Assembly (NCBI GenBank): GCA_938030095.1
Contig: CALHGK010000010.1
Location: forward strand, 71,975 to 135,974
DNA: 64,000 nucleotides
Reading direction: 5' to 3'
DNA from: an uncultured Candidatus Saccharibacteria bacterium
GTDB lineage: Bacteria; Patescibacteriota; Saccharimonadia; Saccharimonadales; Saccharimonadaceae
In this document: piece by piece, positions 28,526 to 37,566 of the stretch
How positions within the stretch are numbered: position 1 is the stretch's first letter
Layout of the letters: every line of letters begins with the position of its first letter
The notes under the pieces: generated by a model
The model's input: only the letters and a program-made list of their open reading frames with translations
What the model was told of the DNA's origin: nothing
The model's database searches: none
Made by a program: the position numbers and the translations under genes

Positions 28526-29879
28526 TGACTGTCCTCGCTAATACAACACCCGAGTTTCCAAGCATCCACTCGAGTGTTCCTTGTTTGATATAAGATGGGA
28601 CGTGATCGTATTGAGAAGCCTGCGCACCAACAAATCCATTACCAAGATCGCCTAGATAAAACAATGTATGGCCATTAAAGACTAAGATGTCGCCAGGCTG
28701 GAGATCACCCATACTTGGAGATTCTTTGGTATAGTATTTCTCGGGATGGCTGAGGACATAAGGCCGCTGATTAACCGTTCCAGCCGGTGGGTAATTTGGG
28801 TCTGCTCCACTCATACGCATCACTGTTGAAACATATTTACCACAATCGGTGTAGTCGGGACCTGCCTCCGGATTATACTGCTGGCGAGCATTTCGGTATT
28901 CTTCTTTTTCACCGCCATTACCAACTCGTCGTCCATCCTCCCAGGCAAGACTCTTAGCTGTTTCGACGATTGTTCCGCCAGCGGCACTTTTGCTGCCGTT
29001 TGCGGTACAGCCTGTGGCTGATGCATTTTGGGCGTTGGCACCATTGTTATTACCACCTTCGACTTGGATTTGGGATGAAGGCGGAGACAAGTTCTCTTCC
29101 TTGACAATTTGCTCAATCTTATCAATATATTCGGTAACAGTCGAGACATATTGGCTGTCGGTCGCATAGCCAGCATTTTTAATCTCCTGGAGGTATTTGC
29201 GCGGGTCGCCAGGATATTTAAGGGCTTCGCTGTAACGTGAATTGCTGGTGATAAAATCGCCATAGCCGAGCCAGCCAGCCTCGACGGTAGGATATTTGCG
29301 AAAGCCATCGACGATTGTTGTTCGGCCAGAGGCGTATTCCTCCTCGGTCTCCATATCGATCACCTCACCCGACCAGTTCCCGCCAGCCTTGATACCATGG
29401 AAATTATTTGCCTTGACGGTAAGCCCAGACTTGCCATAACCAGATTCAATAACCCCCTGGGCAAGGACTGTTTCGTATGGTGTGCCATACTTTTTGTTCG
29501 TTTCGACAGCCATCTTGACGTATTTGCGGACAAAGTCTTTGAGATCTTCTGCTGCAGTCCCGCTACTGCCATCACTGCTGCTGGTGGAGCTGGTAGAGCA
29601 GGTGGCTGCGTCGGGGTCGAAATGCTCGATATAGTTACCAGAAAAGAACCTTGCGTCTAAAGCTGAAGCGGGAGTTGACACGAGAGAGAATACTATCGCA
29701 AAAACAAGAGAGCTTATTCGATAGATAGTTGTGCAGTGAGAAAAGAGTTGTGTTGATGGAGAAAAAAGAGACGAAAAGCGAAGCAGTTGTTGGTGGGTGT
29801 GTATTTGGCAGCGAGTGACAAACACACAAAAAGAGTAGAAGCACTGAGTAAAAATAGCATGAGCCCACCGTATGATCAT
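28500..29879 (-). CDS. secreted peptidoglycan hydrolase: N-acetylglucosaminidase (FlgJ/Lyz2-type) domain + C-terminal CHAP/NlpC-P60-like domain
   Basis: ORF to 29951; start ATG 29879 chosen (ATGA overlap with upstream stop 29876). ETVLAQGVIESGYGKSGL...NNFHGIKA glucosaminidase motif; C-terminal TDCGKYVSTV...GDILVFNGHTLFYLG Cys/His papain-like pattern. Confidence 0.65.
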   Translation of the reverse strand: MIIRWAHAIFTQCFYSFCVFVTRCQIHTHQQLLRFSSLFSPSTQLFSHCTTIYRISSLVFAIVFSLVSTPASALDARFFSGNYIEHFDPDAATCSTSSTSSSDGSSGTAAEDLKDFVRKYVKMAVETNKKYGTPYETVLAQGVIESGYGKSGLTVKANNFHGIKAGGNWSGEVIDMETEEEYASGRTTIVDGFRKYPTVEAGWLGYGDFITSNSRYSEALKYPGDPRKYLQEIKNAGYATDSQYVSTVTEYIDKIEQIVKEENLSPPSSQIQVEGGNNNGANAQNASATGCTANGSKSAAGGTIVETAKSLAWEDGRRVGNGGEKEEYRNARQQYNPEAGPDYTDCGKYVSTVMRMSGADPNYPPAGTVNQRPYVLSHPEKYYTKESPSMGDLQPGDILVFNGHTLFYLGDLGNGFVGAQASQYDHVPSYIKQGTLEWMLGNSGVVLARTVNGNTQSKT

Positions 29880-32842
29880 GATGACCCTCCAACACGTCGA
29901 GCATACTCCCAGTGCCAAGCCTCTGGTTTGCTGCCGTTTGGTTCGGCCCATTCGGGATGGACATAGCCATATTTATGCGCATTGGCTTTGAGCCAATTGT
30001 ATGTAGAAGAACCAAAGTCTCCCACGCTGATATCTGCTGCAAGCCCCCAGCCATGGTTGGAGCTGCACGGTGGCGCTGGCTTGGCGAGGCCACCTTGGTA
30101 TAGTGGGTCACCTGGTGTTGCGTATGCAATTTGCCGTTGGCAGTCTCGGTATGCCTCGTTAATGCCGAAATCTGCACCAGTTTCTGCTTTGTATGCTTTG
30201 TTCATTTCTTCCATAGCGGCTGCAGCTTGCTTGTGCATCCTCTCGCCGGACGAAAATGACAGAGCTACTAAATCTCCTTCTGCTAGCTCGCCATTTTTGA
30301 GGCCGTTCCATGTTGATATAGAATCGCCACCTTCTGTAGCAGGCTGAGCTTGGTTAAATTCTGGCTCCCCGACTGCCGGGCCGCTGGGGGTACTACTGCT
30401 AGATTGGCTTGCGCCACCTCCACCAGAGATCGGTTCATTGTCCATAGTGTCGACGACGCGTTGGTCGATTGTGAAGAGTGCAGCATTGACTTTTTCCTCA
30501 GAGTCAAACTTGCAATAAGCGGTGTCGACGCCATTCTCGCCATCAGTACCTTTGCCACACTTCTCTTGCCATTCTTTGAGCGTGCCGCCAGTTGCTTCGC
30601 CTGTTTCTTCGTTGTATTGCCCAGCGAGAGATTGGGCAACCTCGTCGGGATCTTTATCAAGATTGAGTGCGCCATACGATATATTACAAAATGGCCCAGC
30701 AGCGACATCCTTGGGGATATTTGGGTCATCGCATGCTTGCCAAATCTTTTTCATGCGATCTGTCTCAGTATTGGCGCTGACTTTGTTACCAAAGAGAGCC
30801 GGTACAATATTCTTAGGGAGCGACACAAGATTATGAACAAAGCTACTTAAGTTAGAGAAGCTACCCATATATGGAATAAACGAACTGTAGAGGCTCCCCA
30901 CAAAGGTATACGGCGATGTTGCGTCAAATGGGCTCCGCTCAACGCGTTGCTCAGCAGCATAGGCAAGGTTGAGACGAGCTGTTTCTCGTTCGTAGGCGAT
31001 TGTTTGGTCGACATTGAGCATACCGTTGCCACCCGCTGCTGCTGCTTCGGAGAACATATTTACTGCACCACTCGTGAGGGCATCTCCAGCATCTTCACCA
31101 ACAGTAGCGCTGCTCACGAGAGTGCCCGCCATAGAATTTATGAGCTTACTGAGAATTGGTGCAAACACAGCAGAAATAACAGGAGCAGCTAAGTTTGAAA
31201 CCAACTCACCAACGACGCTTGTCCATCCACCAGCAACACTCATGAGAAGCTGACCGCCAGTACTGTTGATGAGTTTGCAGGATGTCTTTAGTGCACTAAT
31301 ATTAGATCCTAAGGCATTGGCAACGCCACCCATCTTCCGAGCCCAGCCACCACCAGGGACGTACTCCGTCCAGTTGGAGGTACCAGTTGGAGCTATTTCT
31401 TTCATTAGGCCATATTTGAGCCCCATTCCATCAGTAGCTGCTTTTTTGGTTACGTTGCCAGATTTGTTGACGAGTACAGTAGTGAGAATCGTCCCAAGCA
31501 CAGCAACGGCCATATAGTCTGTTGAGCCGGCCTTAATGTTGTCTGCCATCGTAAAGAACATCATGGCATAGCTAATAACCTGCGTCATTTGGATGAGACG
31601 AATCGTCTTGCTAATAGACTGAGCACCATCTTGTACCATACAGAGGCCGCCAGCAATCATGGCGACAATATTGCCAGTCTTGCCCACGCCATTTTTGATA
31701 ATATTGGCTGCTGCCTCTTTGCTGATAGATTTTGTTGCTCCTTCGGCGCCTTCACTTACTGCTTCTTTCGCGGCTTTGCCAACATCGGTGTCTTCAGTAA
31801 CCTTTTCTTTGCCTTCATCGTCATTTTCCTTGGCTTCGTATTTGCCATTCATTTCTTTGCCTTTGGTATTTTTGTCGATGTTTTCGCGGACTTCTTTCTC
31901 GCTTTTGGCACCAGCCAGTTTGTTCTTCTTGGTAAGAGAGAACTTTTTTATGACGCCATTGTTAAACACTTTATCGAAGAAAGCGACCCAGCGCGGTGCA
32001 TATGCGCGGTGCATAATTGCTCTGAACTCTGGATTCTCGTAGTATAATTTTTTGAATTCTGGGGGACCAACCGTTTGTTTTATACCATTGTCGTAAGTCA
32101 CCCGATAGTTTGCAACCTTTTCACCAAGAGTAGATTTCTTTAAGTCAAATTCTTCGGAGGGTTTAATAACATTCCCTTCTTTATCGAGAGCTTCAACTTG
32201 ATTTTTTTCAAACTGCTTTAGTAACCGGTTCGAGACACGATTATATTTACATCGTACGTTCACTACTGAGCAAATACCACTAGTTGCGGTGTTTTGGATA
32301 CGCTTGAACATTACCTTATTAGCACGCCGCTCGAAGCTGGTATTTTGTGAATTCCAGTGGTTGGTGAGATTTTCTTTGATATGAAGCAAAAGTAGGCTTG
32401 GCCCACCAAAAAATGAGAGCATTGAGCCACCACCAAGCAAAATAGCGCCAAGGATACCCATTGGTCCGCCCTTCTTAGAGAATATCGCACTCCGCGCTTT
32501 GGCAAAGCGAGATTTGGGCTCAGAGAGTTTACTATCGGGTGGAACTACCTTGTTGAACCAGTTATTATCGCTCCAGTTGCTCCCTGGCGCGCCCTCCTGG
32601 CCTCGAACAGAGTTGGCATAGTCGCTGCCAGTTGCGCCAGTGCCGCTGGCGTTGCTGCGTGACGATGAACCACTCCCACTATTCTCGCGTGACTGAAGGT
32701 CTTGGGCGGTGCTGGACTGGCTATGATCACCACTGCCAGCGTGGTTATTCCGACCAGCGAAGGTGTCGTTGCTCCAATGCGTATTCCCCGGATTATGCCG
32801 GTCGAGGTCGGGTTTTTGCTGGGAGGGGATGGGGGTAGGCAT
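29876..32842 (-). CDS. large membrane protein (PrgK-like position) with C-terminal peptidase M15 (VanY/L-Ala-D-Glu endopeptidase-type) cell-wall hydrolase domain
   Basis: 988 aa; Ser/Gly/Asn-rich N-terminus, several TM segments in the central region; C-terminal GERMHKQ...AYRDCQRQ...SSNHGWGLAADI...HPEW zinc-binding M15 motifs (SxHxxGxAxD). Confidence 0.6.
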   Translation of the reverse strand: MPTPIPSQQKPDLDRHNPGNTHWSNDTFAGRNNHAGSGDHSQSSTAQDLQSRENSGSGSSSRSNASGTGATGSDYANSVRGQEGAPGSNWSDNNWFNKVVPPDSKLSEPKSRFAKARSAIFSKKGGPMGILGAILLGGGSMLSFFGGPSLLLLHIKENLTNHWNSQNTSFERRANKVMFKRIQNTATSGICSVVNVRCKYNRVSNRLLKQFEKNQVEALDKEGNVIKPSEEFDLKKSTLGEKVANYRVTYDNGIKQTVGPPEFKKLYYENPEFRAIMHRAYAPRWVAFFDKVFNNGVIKKFSLTKKNKLAGAKSEKEVRENIDKNTKGKEMNGKYEAKENDDEGKEKVTEDTDVGKAAKEAVSEGAEGATKSISKEAAANIIKNGVGKTGNIVAMIAGGLCMVQDGAQSISKTIRLIQMTQVISYAMMFFTMADNIKAGSTDYMAVAVLGTILTTVLVNKSGNVTKKAATDGMGLKYGLMKEIAPTGTSNWTEYVPGGGWARKMGGVANALGSNISALKTSCKLINSTGGQLLMSVAGGWTSVVGELVSNLAAPVISAVFAPILSKLINSMAGTLVSSATVGEDAGDALTSGAVNMFSEAAAAGGNGMLNVDQTIAYERETARLNLAYAAEQRVERSPFDATSPYTFVGSLYSSFIPYMGSFSNLSSFVHNLVSLPKNIVPALFGNKVSANTETDRMKKIWQACDDPNIPKDVAAGPFCNISYGALNLDKDPDEVAQSLAGQYNEETGEATGGTLKEWQEKCGKGTDGENGVDTAYCKFDSEEKVNAALFTIDQRVVDTMDNEPISGGGGASQSSSSTPSGPAVGEPEFNQAQPATEGGDSISTWNGLKNGELAEGDLVALSFSSGERMHKQAAAAMEEMNKAYKAETGADFGINEAYRDCQRQIAYATPGDPLYQGGLAKPAPPCSSNHGWGLAADISVGDFGSSTYNWLKANAHKYGYVHPEWAEPNGSKPEAWHWEYARRVGGSS

Positions 32843-32848
32843 GACGGG

Positions 32849-34684
32849 CTACGACCTCACTGGCTGCTGGTATAAGCTGTTATTGGCCACTGGGTTGGTG
32901 GTGATGAATTGCGTCTCGGTCTCGCTGGCGAATATGCGGATATGAACGTGGTTTTGCCCAGCAAAGAAGAGGCCATCGCCCACCGGGAAGTTAGACAGGC
33001 GCTTACGCTCCTCCTCGGTGAGCTTAAAGACCTCAGCTAGCACATCCACTGCACTGGTCGATTGCTTAAGCAAGAGCTGGAGCGAGCTGTTTGCTACAAT
33101 AGCTCGGCCTTTCTCGCTCCCCATAAAGTCCTCTACGTCCTGCGTGATGGTCGTTAGGCCCAGAGAGTACTTACGAGCTCGCTTAGCTAGGCTGTGGAGA
33201 AACTCCGCCGAGTCTTCGTACTTCATCAGCTGCCAGGCCTCATCAACGATGAGCATCCGCCGGCGCTGTACGGTGCGGGCAATATTCCAGATGTGGCTCA
33301 GCACAATATACATTGCCACTGGCCGCAGGTCGTCTTCGAGGTCGCGGATATTAAACACCACCATGCTGTTATTAATATCAACGTTACTCTGCTGGCTAAA
33401 AATACCAGCGAAGGTGCCTGTGGTGTACTTCCGTAGGCGCTGAGCTAGCGATGGCCCTGCCCCACCCATGTGAAGGAGGGTGTCGTAGAGGTCAATGATC
33501 GTCGGTGGCTGAGAATTATGTGTTAGTGGATCGCTGGTAATACCAGCCCGGGCGTAGGTATCGATGAGCGCTTGGTCAAGATCGGCCTCCTCGGCTGGGC
33601 TGAGCAAGGCAATCTGTTGCCCGCCCACCAACGTGCCGCCCAGCATAAGCTTGAAGAGTCGCTGCAGGGTGATGAGATTAGCACGCAGCGCGTCGGTTGC
33701 TTCGTCGCTGTCGATTACTCGGGGGAGGTCGAAGGGGTTAATCCGCGTATCGCTGCTGAGGCTGAGGCGAATGTAGCTGCCGCCGACGGCATCGGCCAGC
33801 TTCTGGTACTCGTTCTCCGGGTCGATGACGAGGATGTCGGTGCCAAGCATCATACTGCGCAGTGCCTCGAGCTTAACGGTAAAGGATTTACCAGCACCAG
33901 ACTTTGCAAAGACGACCATATTCGCATTCTCAAGGCTAAAGCGGTCGAAGATGACCAGCCCTTGGTTGTGCTGGTTGACGCCGTAGAGAATCCCTTCGCC
34001 GTCACTTAGGTCGGCACTGGTAAAGGGAAAGCTTGTGCTCACCGCGCCAGTGTTCATGTTGCGGCGGACTTGCAGCTGGTCGGTCATTTGGGGGATGGTG
34101 CTGTTGAGGCCTTGCTCTTGCTGGTTGCTGGCGGTTTTACTGTAGACCATATTTTGGCCAAAGATTGTCTCGATGACGTGCTGGACAAAGCTCAGCTCCT
34201 CGAGGCTATCGGCATAGAGTGTGACGTAGAGCCCAAAGCGAAAGAAACGTTCGGCTCCAAGCTGTAGCTGGTCGCGCAATTCCTCGGCATCGGCCAGGGC
34301 AGCTTCGCGAGCTGGGTCACGCACTTTACCCTTCTCGGAGTTCAGCGCCATATCAGCCTCAAGCTGCGTCACCTTCTTGCGGAGGTTGTTGAGGACGATC
34401 TCCGTCTCGACAGGGTAAATAAACATGCTAATATCAAGCACTTGATCGATGTTGATCAATCCTGACAGCCAGCCTGTGTAGAGTTCACGTGGGTAGCCGT
34501 AGATGTAAAGTGTGCGGCCATACTTGGTGCCAATGCGGAAGTACGTGCTGTGGATCTCCAGACTGCTGGGAGCGATTAGGTCGCGCAGCGTCGTCATCCC
34601 CTTGATAAAGGCTTCCTCTACCTCTGCTTGCTCGCGCTCGCGCTGCTGGGCAGCAATGTCGATTGGATCGGGTCGTCGTGCCAT
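32849..34684 (-). CDS. virB4: type IV secretion ATPase VirB4/PrgJ/TraE family
   Basis: 611 aa (Gram-positive short form); Walker A FAKSGAGKSF, Walker B RRRMLIVDEAWQL (DEAW hallmark); N-terminal YGRTLYIYGYPRELYTGWL motif. Confidence 0.85.
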   Translation of the reverse strand: MARRPDPIDIAAQQREREQAEVEEAFIKGMTTLRDLIAPSSLEIHSTYFRIGTKYGRTLYIYGYPRELYTGWLSGLINIDQVLDISMFIYPVETEIVLNNLRKKVTQLEADMALNSEKGKVRDPAREAALADAEELRDQLQLGAERFFRFGLYVTLYADSLEELSFVQHVIETIFGQNMVYSKTASNQQEQGLNSTIPQMTDQLQVRRNMNTGAVSTSFPFTSADLSDGEGILYGVNQHNQGLVIFDRFSLENANMVVFAKSGAGKSFTVKLEALRSMMLGTDILVIDPENEYQKLADAVGGSYIRLSLSSDTRINPFDLPRVIDSDEATDALRANLITLQRLFKLMLGGTLVGGQQIALLSPAEEADLDQALIDTYARAGITSDPLTHNSQPPTIIDLYDTLLHMGGAGPSLAQRLRKYTTGTFAGIFSQQSNVDINNSMVVFNIRDLEDDLRPVAMYIVLSHIWNIARTVQRRRMLIVDEAWQLMKYEDSAEFLHSLAKRARKYSLGLTTITQDVEDFMGSEKGRAIVANSSLQLLLKQSTSAVDVLAEVFKLTEEERKRLSNFPVGDGLFFAGQNHVHIRIFASETETQFITTNPVANNSLYQQPVRS

Positions 34685-35643
34685 TAAAAATCTCCTTTGT
34701 GATATGCTGTCGAGGTTGGGACAGCTCCCTCGCCTTTGCGGACGAAGGTGGAAGTCACGTTATTAAAGTCGCCCAGCGGCTCGCGCACTGCTGTGTCGGG
34801 GTTGTACATGTTGTAATAGAGGGTGCCGAGCTCTTTGGTCTTGAGCTGCACTGCCCGTACACCAATCTGCATCAAGCCGTTGAGGATGGTGTCAGCCCGG
34901 TTGCGGATCTCCTCACGGGCTCGCTCGTAGGTTTCTTTGCTGATTTTCGTCACGGTGTTGGTGTTCTTGGGAGCGAAGAGCTTCGTGAAGAACCCTTTAC
35001 CTTGGTCGAGAATCGTCCCCTCCCCTGCTGGGTAATACGGAATGACGACGTAGAAGCTCTTGTCCATGATGTTGGCGTTTTGCGAGAGGTCGTCGATGAA
35101 GTTGATATAGTCTTCCATTAGCACACTCAACAACATATTATCTTGGGTGCGCTGGATAGCAACGAGCTTATCCAAATACGGGCCAATATCCACCCGCTGC
35201 GAGCGAATACAGATCTGCACCGGGAAGTACAGTGCATTGAGAAAGTTCTGGTAGCTATACTCTACCCCCTCGCGCTCACGAGCGCTCATGAGGTCAAAGT
35301 TGATCGACTCACAGGCGATGACGGCGCGGAAGCTACCATCACCCATGATGATCATATCATCGCGCAGCTCCGAGAGGAGGAGGCTATTCTGCGTGGTAGC
35401 GGGCTTGGGTGGAGCCTTTTTCTTGGTGTCTTGGGTGGGCTGATTATTCGTATTACCTTGCACAGCTGGTGGCTGAGCCGGTGCTTGCACTGCGGGGTAA
35501 TTGCCCTGTGGCGGAGCGGGATACTGCGGGTAATTGGCTGGTGCCTGGCCCGCTGGCGCAGCGCTCTGGCCTTGGCTATACCCAAACTGGCTGGGTGGCC
35601 CAGCTGGTGGTTGTTGATTGTTGGGTGAATTTGGCGACACCAC
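34684..35643 (-). CDS. T4SS operon protein of unknown function with 75-aa Pro/Gln/Ala-rich N-terminus
   Basis: 319 aa; stop overlaps virB4 start (TAATG at 34682-34686); first 75 aa low-complexity (PPAGPPSQFGYSQGQSAAPAGQAPANYPQYPAPPQ...), then a globular domain with no motif I can name. Confidence 0.4.
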   Translation of the reverse strand: MVSPNSPNNQQPPAGPPSQFGYSQGQSAAPAGQAPANYPQYPAPPQGNYPAVQAPAQPPAVQGNTNNQPTQDTKKKAPPKPATTQNSLLLSELRDDMIIMGDGSFRAVIACESINFDLMSAREREGVEYSYQNFLNALYFPVQICIRSQRVDIGPYLDKLVAIQRTQDNMLLSVLMEDYINFIDDLSQNANIMDKSFYVVIPYYPAGEGTILDQGKGFFTKLFAPKNTNTVTKISKETYERAREEIRNRADTILNGLMQIGVRAVQLKTKELGTLYYNMYNPDTAVREPLGDFNNVTSTFVRKGEGAVPTSTAYHKGDF

Positions 35644-35658
35644 TCTCCTTCTTATTTC

Positions 35659-37521
35659 TTAGCGCAAAGGGATGACAATCTCATCATCGTCATCATCCTG
35701 ACTAGCCTGCTCTTGATGTTGAATCCGATTGGCTTCATTGGCAATGGCAGCAACGGACAAATCAGAGTTGCTGGCTAGTCTAATTATATCAGGCGAGACG
35801 GTGTTTGTGCTAGTGTTTGGCGGCAGATTGTTGCGTTGCTGGGCGAGCTGCTCCTCGCGCAGGCGTTCCTCGCGCGTGGGGGTTGTCTTGGCGTAATAAC
35901 TGGGGTCGAGCGGCTGAATGACTGACTGATGAATGCTGGGGTATGGGTTATAGCGCACCGCCATATCGATGACATTTTTATCATCAGCCAGTGCTGAGCG
36001 ATCTCGGTAGGACACGGCGGCTGGGGTGGGTGCAAGAGCTGGTGCGGCTTGAACTGGTGCAACGGGTGGCTGCTGAGGTGGTGCTGGCTGCTGGGAAGGG
36101 TGTGGCGTAGGAGTGTGTGGATAATTGGGAGTTGGCGCTGTTGGGGTCGGTTGCTCTGCAGGTGTTGAAGTGAACGATGGCTGAGTATCGGTAGGAGGTG
36201 CTGCTTCAGCTGGTGGGTCGCTGGGCGTAGTTGTCGTGTGCGCGGCTGACTTTTGGGGTGGTACAAGTGGCACAGCATCAGTGGTAGGAGTGGCGTGCTG
36301 GCGCAGGTTGGCGTAGATCGCCTCGAAGGATGGTGTTTCTTCTGGCTTAGACTCTGGCGCAGCTTCTGCTGTGGGCTTGGGCGGTGTGTAGGGCTTGCTG
36401 AGGGCGTCTGGCAAGACCGAATCATGCGGAATAACGGCGGGCAGTGCCATTGGCAAAGACTGGAGTGAGTCATGCTCTCGCGGCATGGGCTGTGGCTCGG
36501 CAACAGGTGTTTCGTCATGCGCCGCATCATCCACTGGCGAAATCTCGTATACCTCGGTAGATTGCTGAGGTGGGTATGGGTTTGGTTGATTTTGGTAAGC
36601 ACTAGCATCGAGTGAAGGAACTTGCTGATGCGACGACGCCGTGCGATTCTCCGGGAAGCTCGTGGATGAATACGACACTGCTGGGCGCTGAGGTTCTGGT
36701 GTTGGGTATGGCGGCTCAGGCATACGAGGCTGAGATGGTGATACTGGTGCAAAGCCAGCGGCATCAACGGGTGGCTGGTACGGAGGTGTAGCCTGTGGTG
36801 GGATAGTTGGAGCTGGCTGCGGTGCTGCCTGGTATGGTTGCGGCTGAGCCTGTGGCCAGGCTGGCTGATATGGCACAGGAGCTTGCTGGAGTGGCTGCCC
36901 GTCGGCTACGGCAGGCAGTGCGGTTGGTGGAGCTTGCATGCGCTCAATGGCGGCTCGGCGCCGAGCTTGGTTGGATTGCTCGATGCGCCGCGTCATTGCT
37001 CGCGCTTCGCTGCTGTTGTCATCAAACATATCCGAAGTCTGCTGCGCCTCGAAATAGACATCACTAATCATCGACCCCTGTGCATCGGGCACGCGGGTGT
37101 GACGAATGGACCAGCCATGAGTATCAGCCAGCTGAGACAGATACGCTAGGCGGCGCTCGGCCTCGTCTTGGCTGAGGTTCTTCGTTCGCTCAATCTCCAC
37201 CTTCTCGGGCACTGTAATCTCGATGAGTGAGCTGATGCCATCAGGCTGCCACATGCGCCGGCGTGGCTTGGTGTAGAATGATATCACCGCCGCGAGGTAA
37301 ACTTCCATTGGCTGATCCTTACGCAGCGGCAAAGCTAATGCACCAAACAGCAGAATAATCGGCACCGGAATAACCGCCAGCGGCAAAAATACCTGCGATA
37401 ATCCCCATGCCAACGCAATTCCCGCCGCCGCAACCAGCAGATAAATAAACTGGCGAAAGCTAAACGGCCCAAGAATCTTATCCTCTGCCTCTACATCCTG
37501 CGCAACCTTATATCTCGACAT
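35659..37521 (-). CDS. PrgI/VirB3-like T4SS membrane protein with ~500-aa Pro/Gln/Ala-rich C-terminal extension
   Basis: 620 aa; N-terminal DVEAEDKILGPFSFRQFIYLLVAAAGIALAWG plus second helix VIPVPIILLFGALALPL matches PrgI-family two-helix pattern; remainder is low-complexity PQ-rich (QPQPYQAAPQPAPTIPPQATPPYQPP...). Confidence 0.5.
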   Translation of the reverse strand: MSRYKVAQDVEAEDKILGPFSFRQFIYLLVAAAGIALAWGLSQVFLPLAVIPVPIILLFGALALPLRKDQPMEVYLAAVISFYTKPRRRMWQPDGISSLIEITVPEKVEIERTKNLSQDEAERRLAYLSQLADTHGWSIRHTRVPDAQGSMISDVYFEAQQTSDMFDDNSSEARAMTRRIEQSNQARRRAAIERMQAPPTALPAVADGQPLQQAPVPYQPAWPQAQPQPYQAAPQPAPTIPPQATPPYQPPVDAAGFAPVSPSQPRMPEPPYPTPEPQRPAVSYSSTSFPENRTASSHQQVPSLDASAYQNQPNPYPPQQSTEVYEISPVDDAAHDETPVAEPQPMPREHDSLQSLPMALPAVIPHDSVLPDALSKPYTPPKPTAEAAPESKPEETPSFEAIYANLRQHATPTTDAVPLVPPQKSAAHTTTTPSDPPAEAAPPTDTQPSFTSTPAEQPTPTAPTPNYPHTPTPHPSQQPAPPQQPPVAPVQAAPALAPTPAAVSYRDRSALADDKNVIDMAVRYNPYPSIHQSVIQPLDPSYYAKTTPTREERLREEQLAQQRNNLPPNTSTNTVSPDIIRLASNSDLSVAAIANEANRIQHQEQASQDDDDDEIVIPLR

Positions 37522-37566
37522 AGTTTATGTATTTATTATAGCATGAGGGGGATAGATAAGACTTCA

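Noticed and set aside
35784-36767. 327-aa minus-strand ORF rich in Pro/His/Gln/Arg
   Set aside because: It is an alternative frame of the Pro/Gln-rich repetitive region of the PrgI-like gene (35659-37521). The longer frame has the N-terminal two-helix module and a sensible start.
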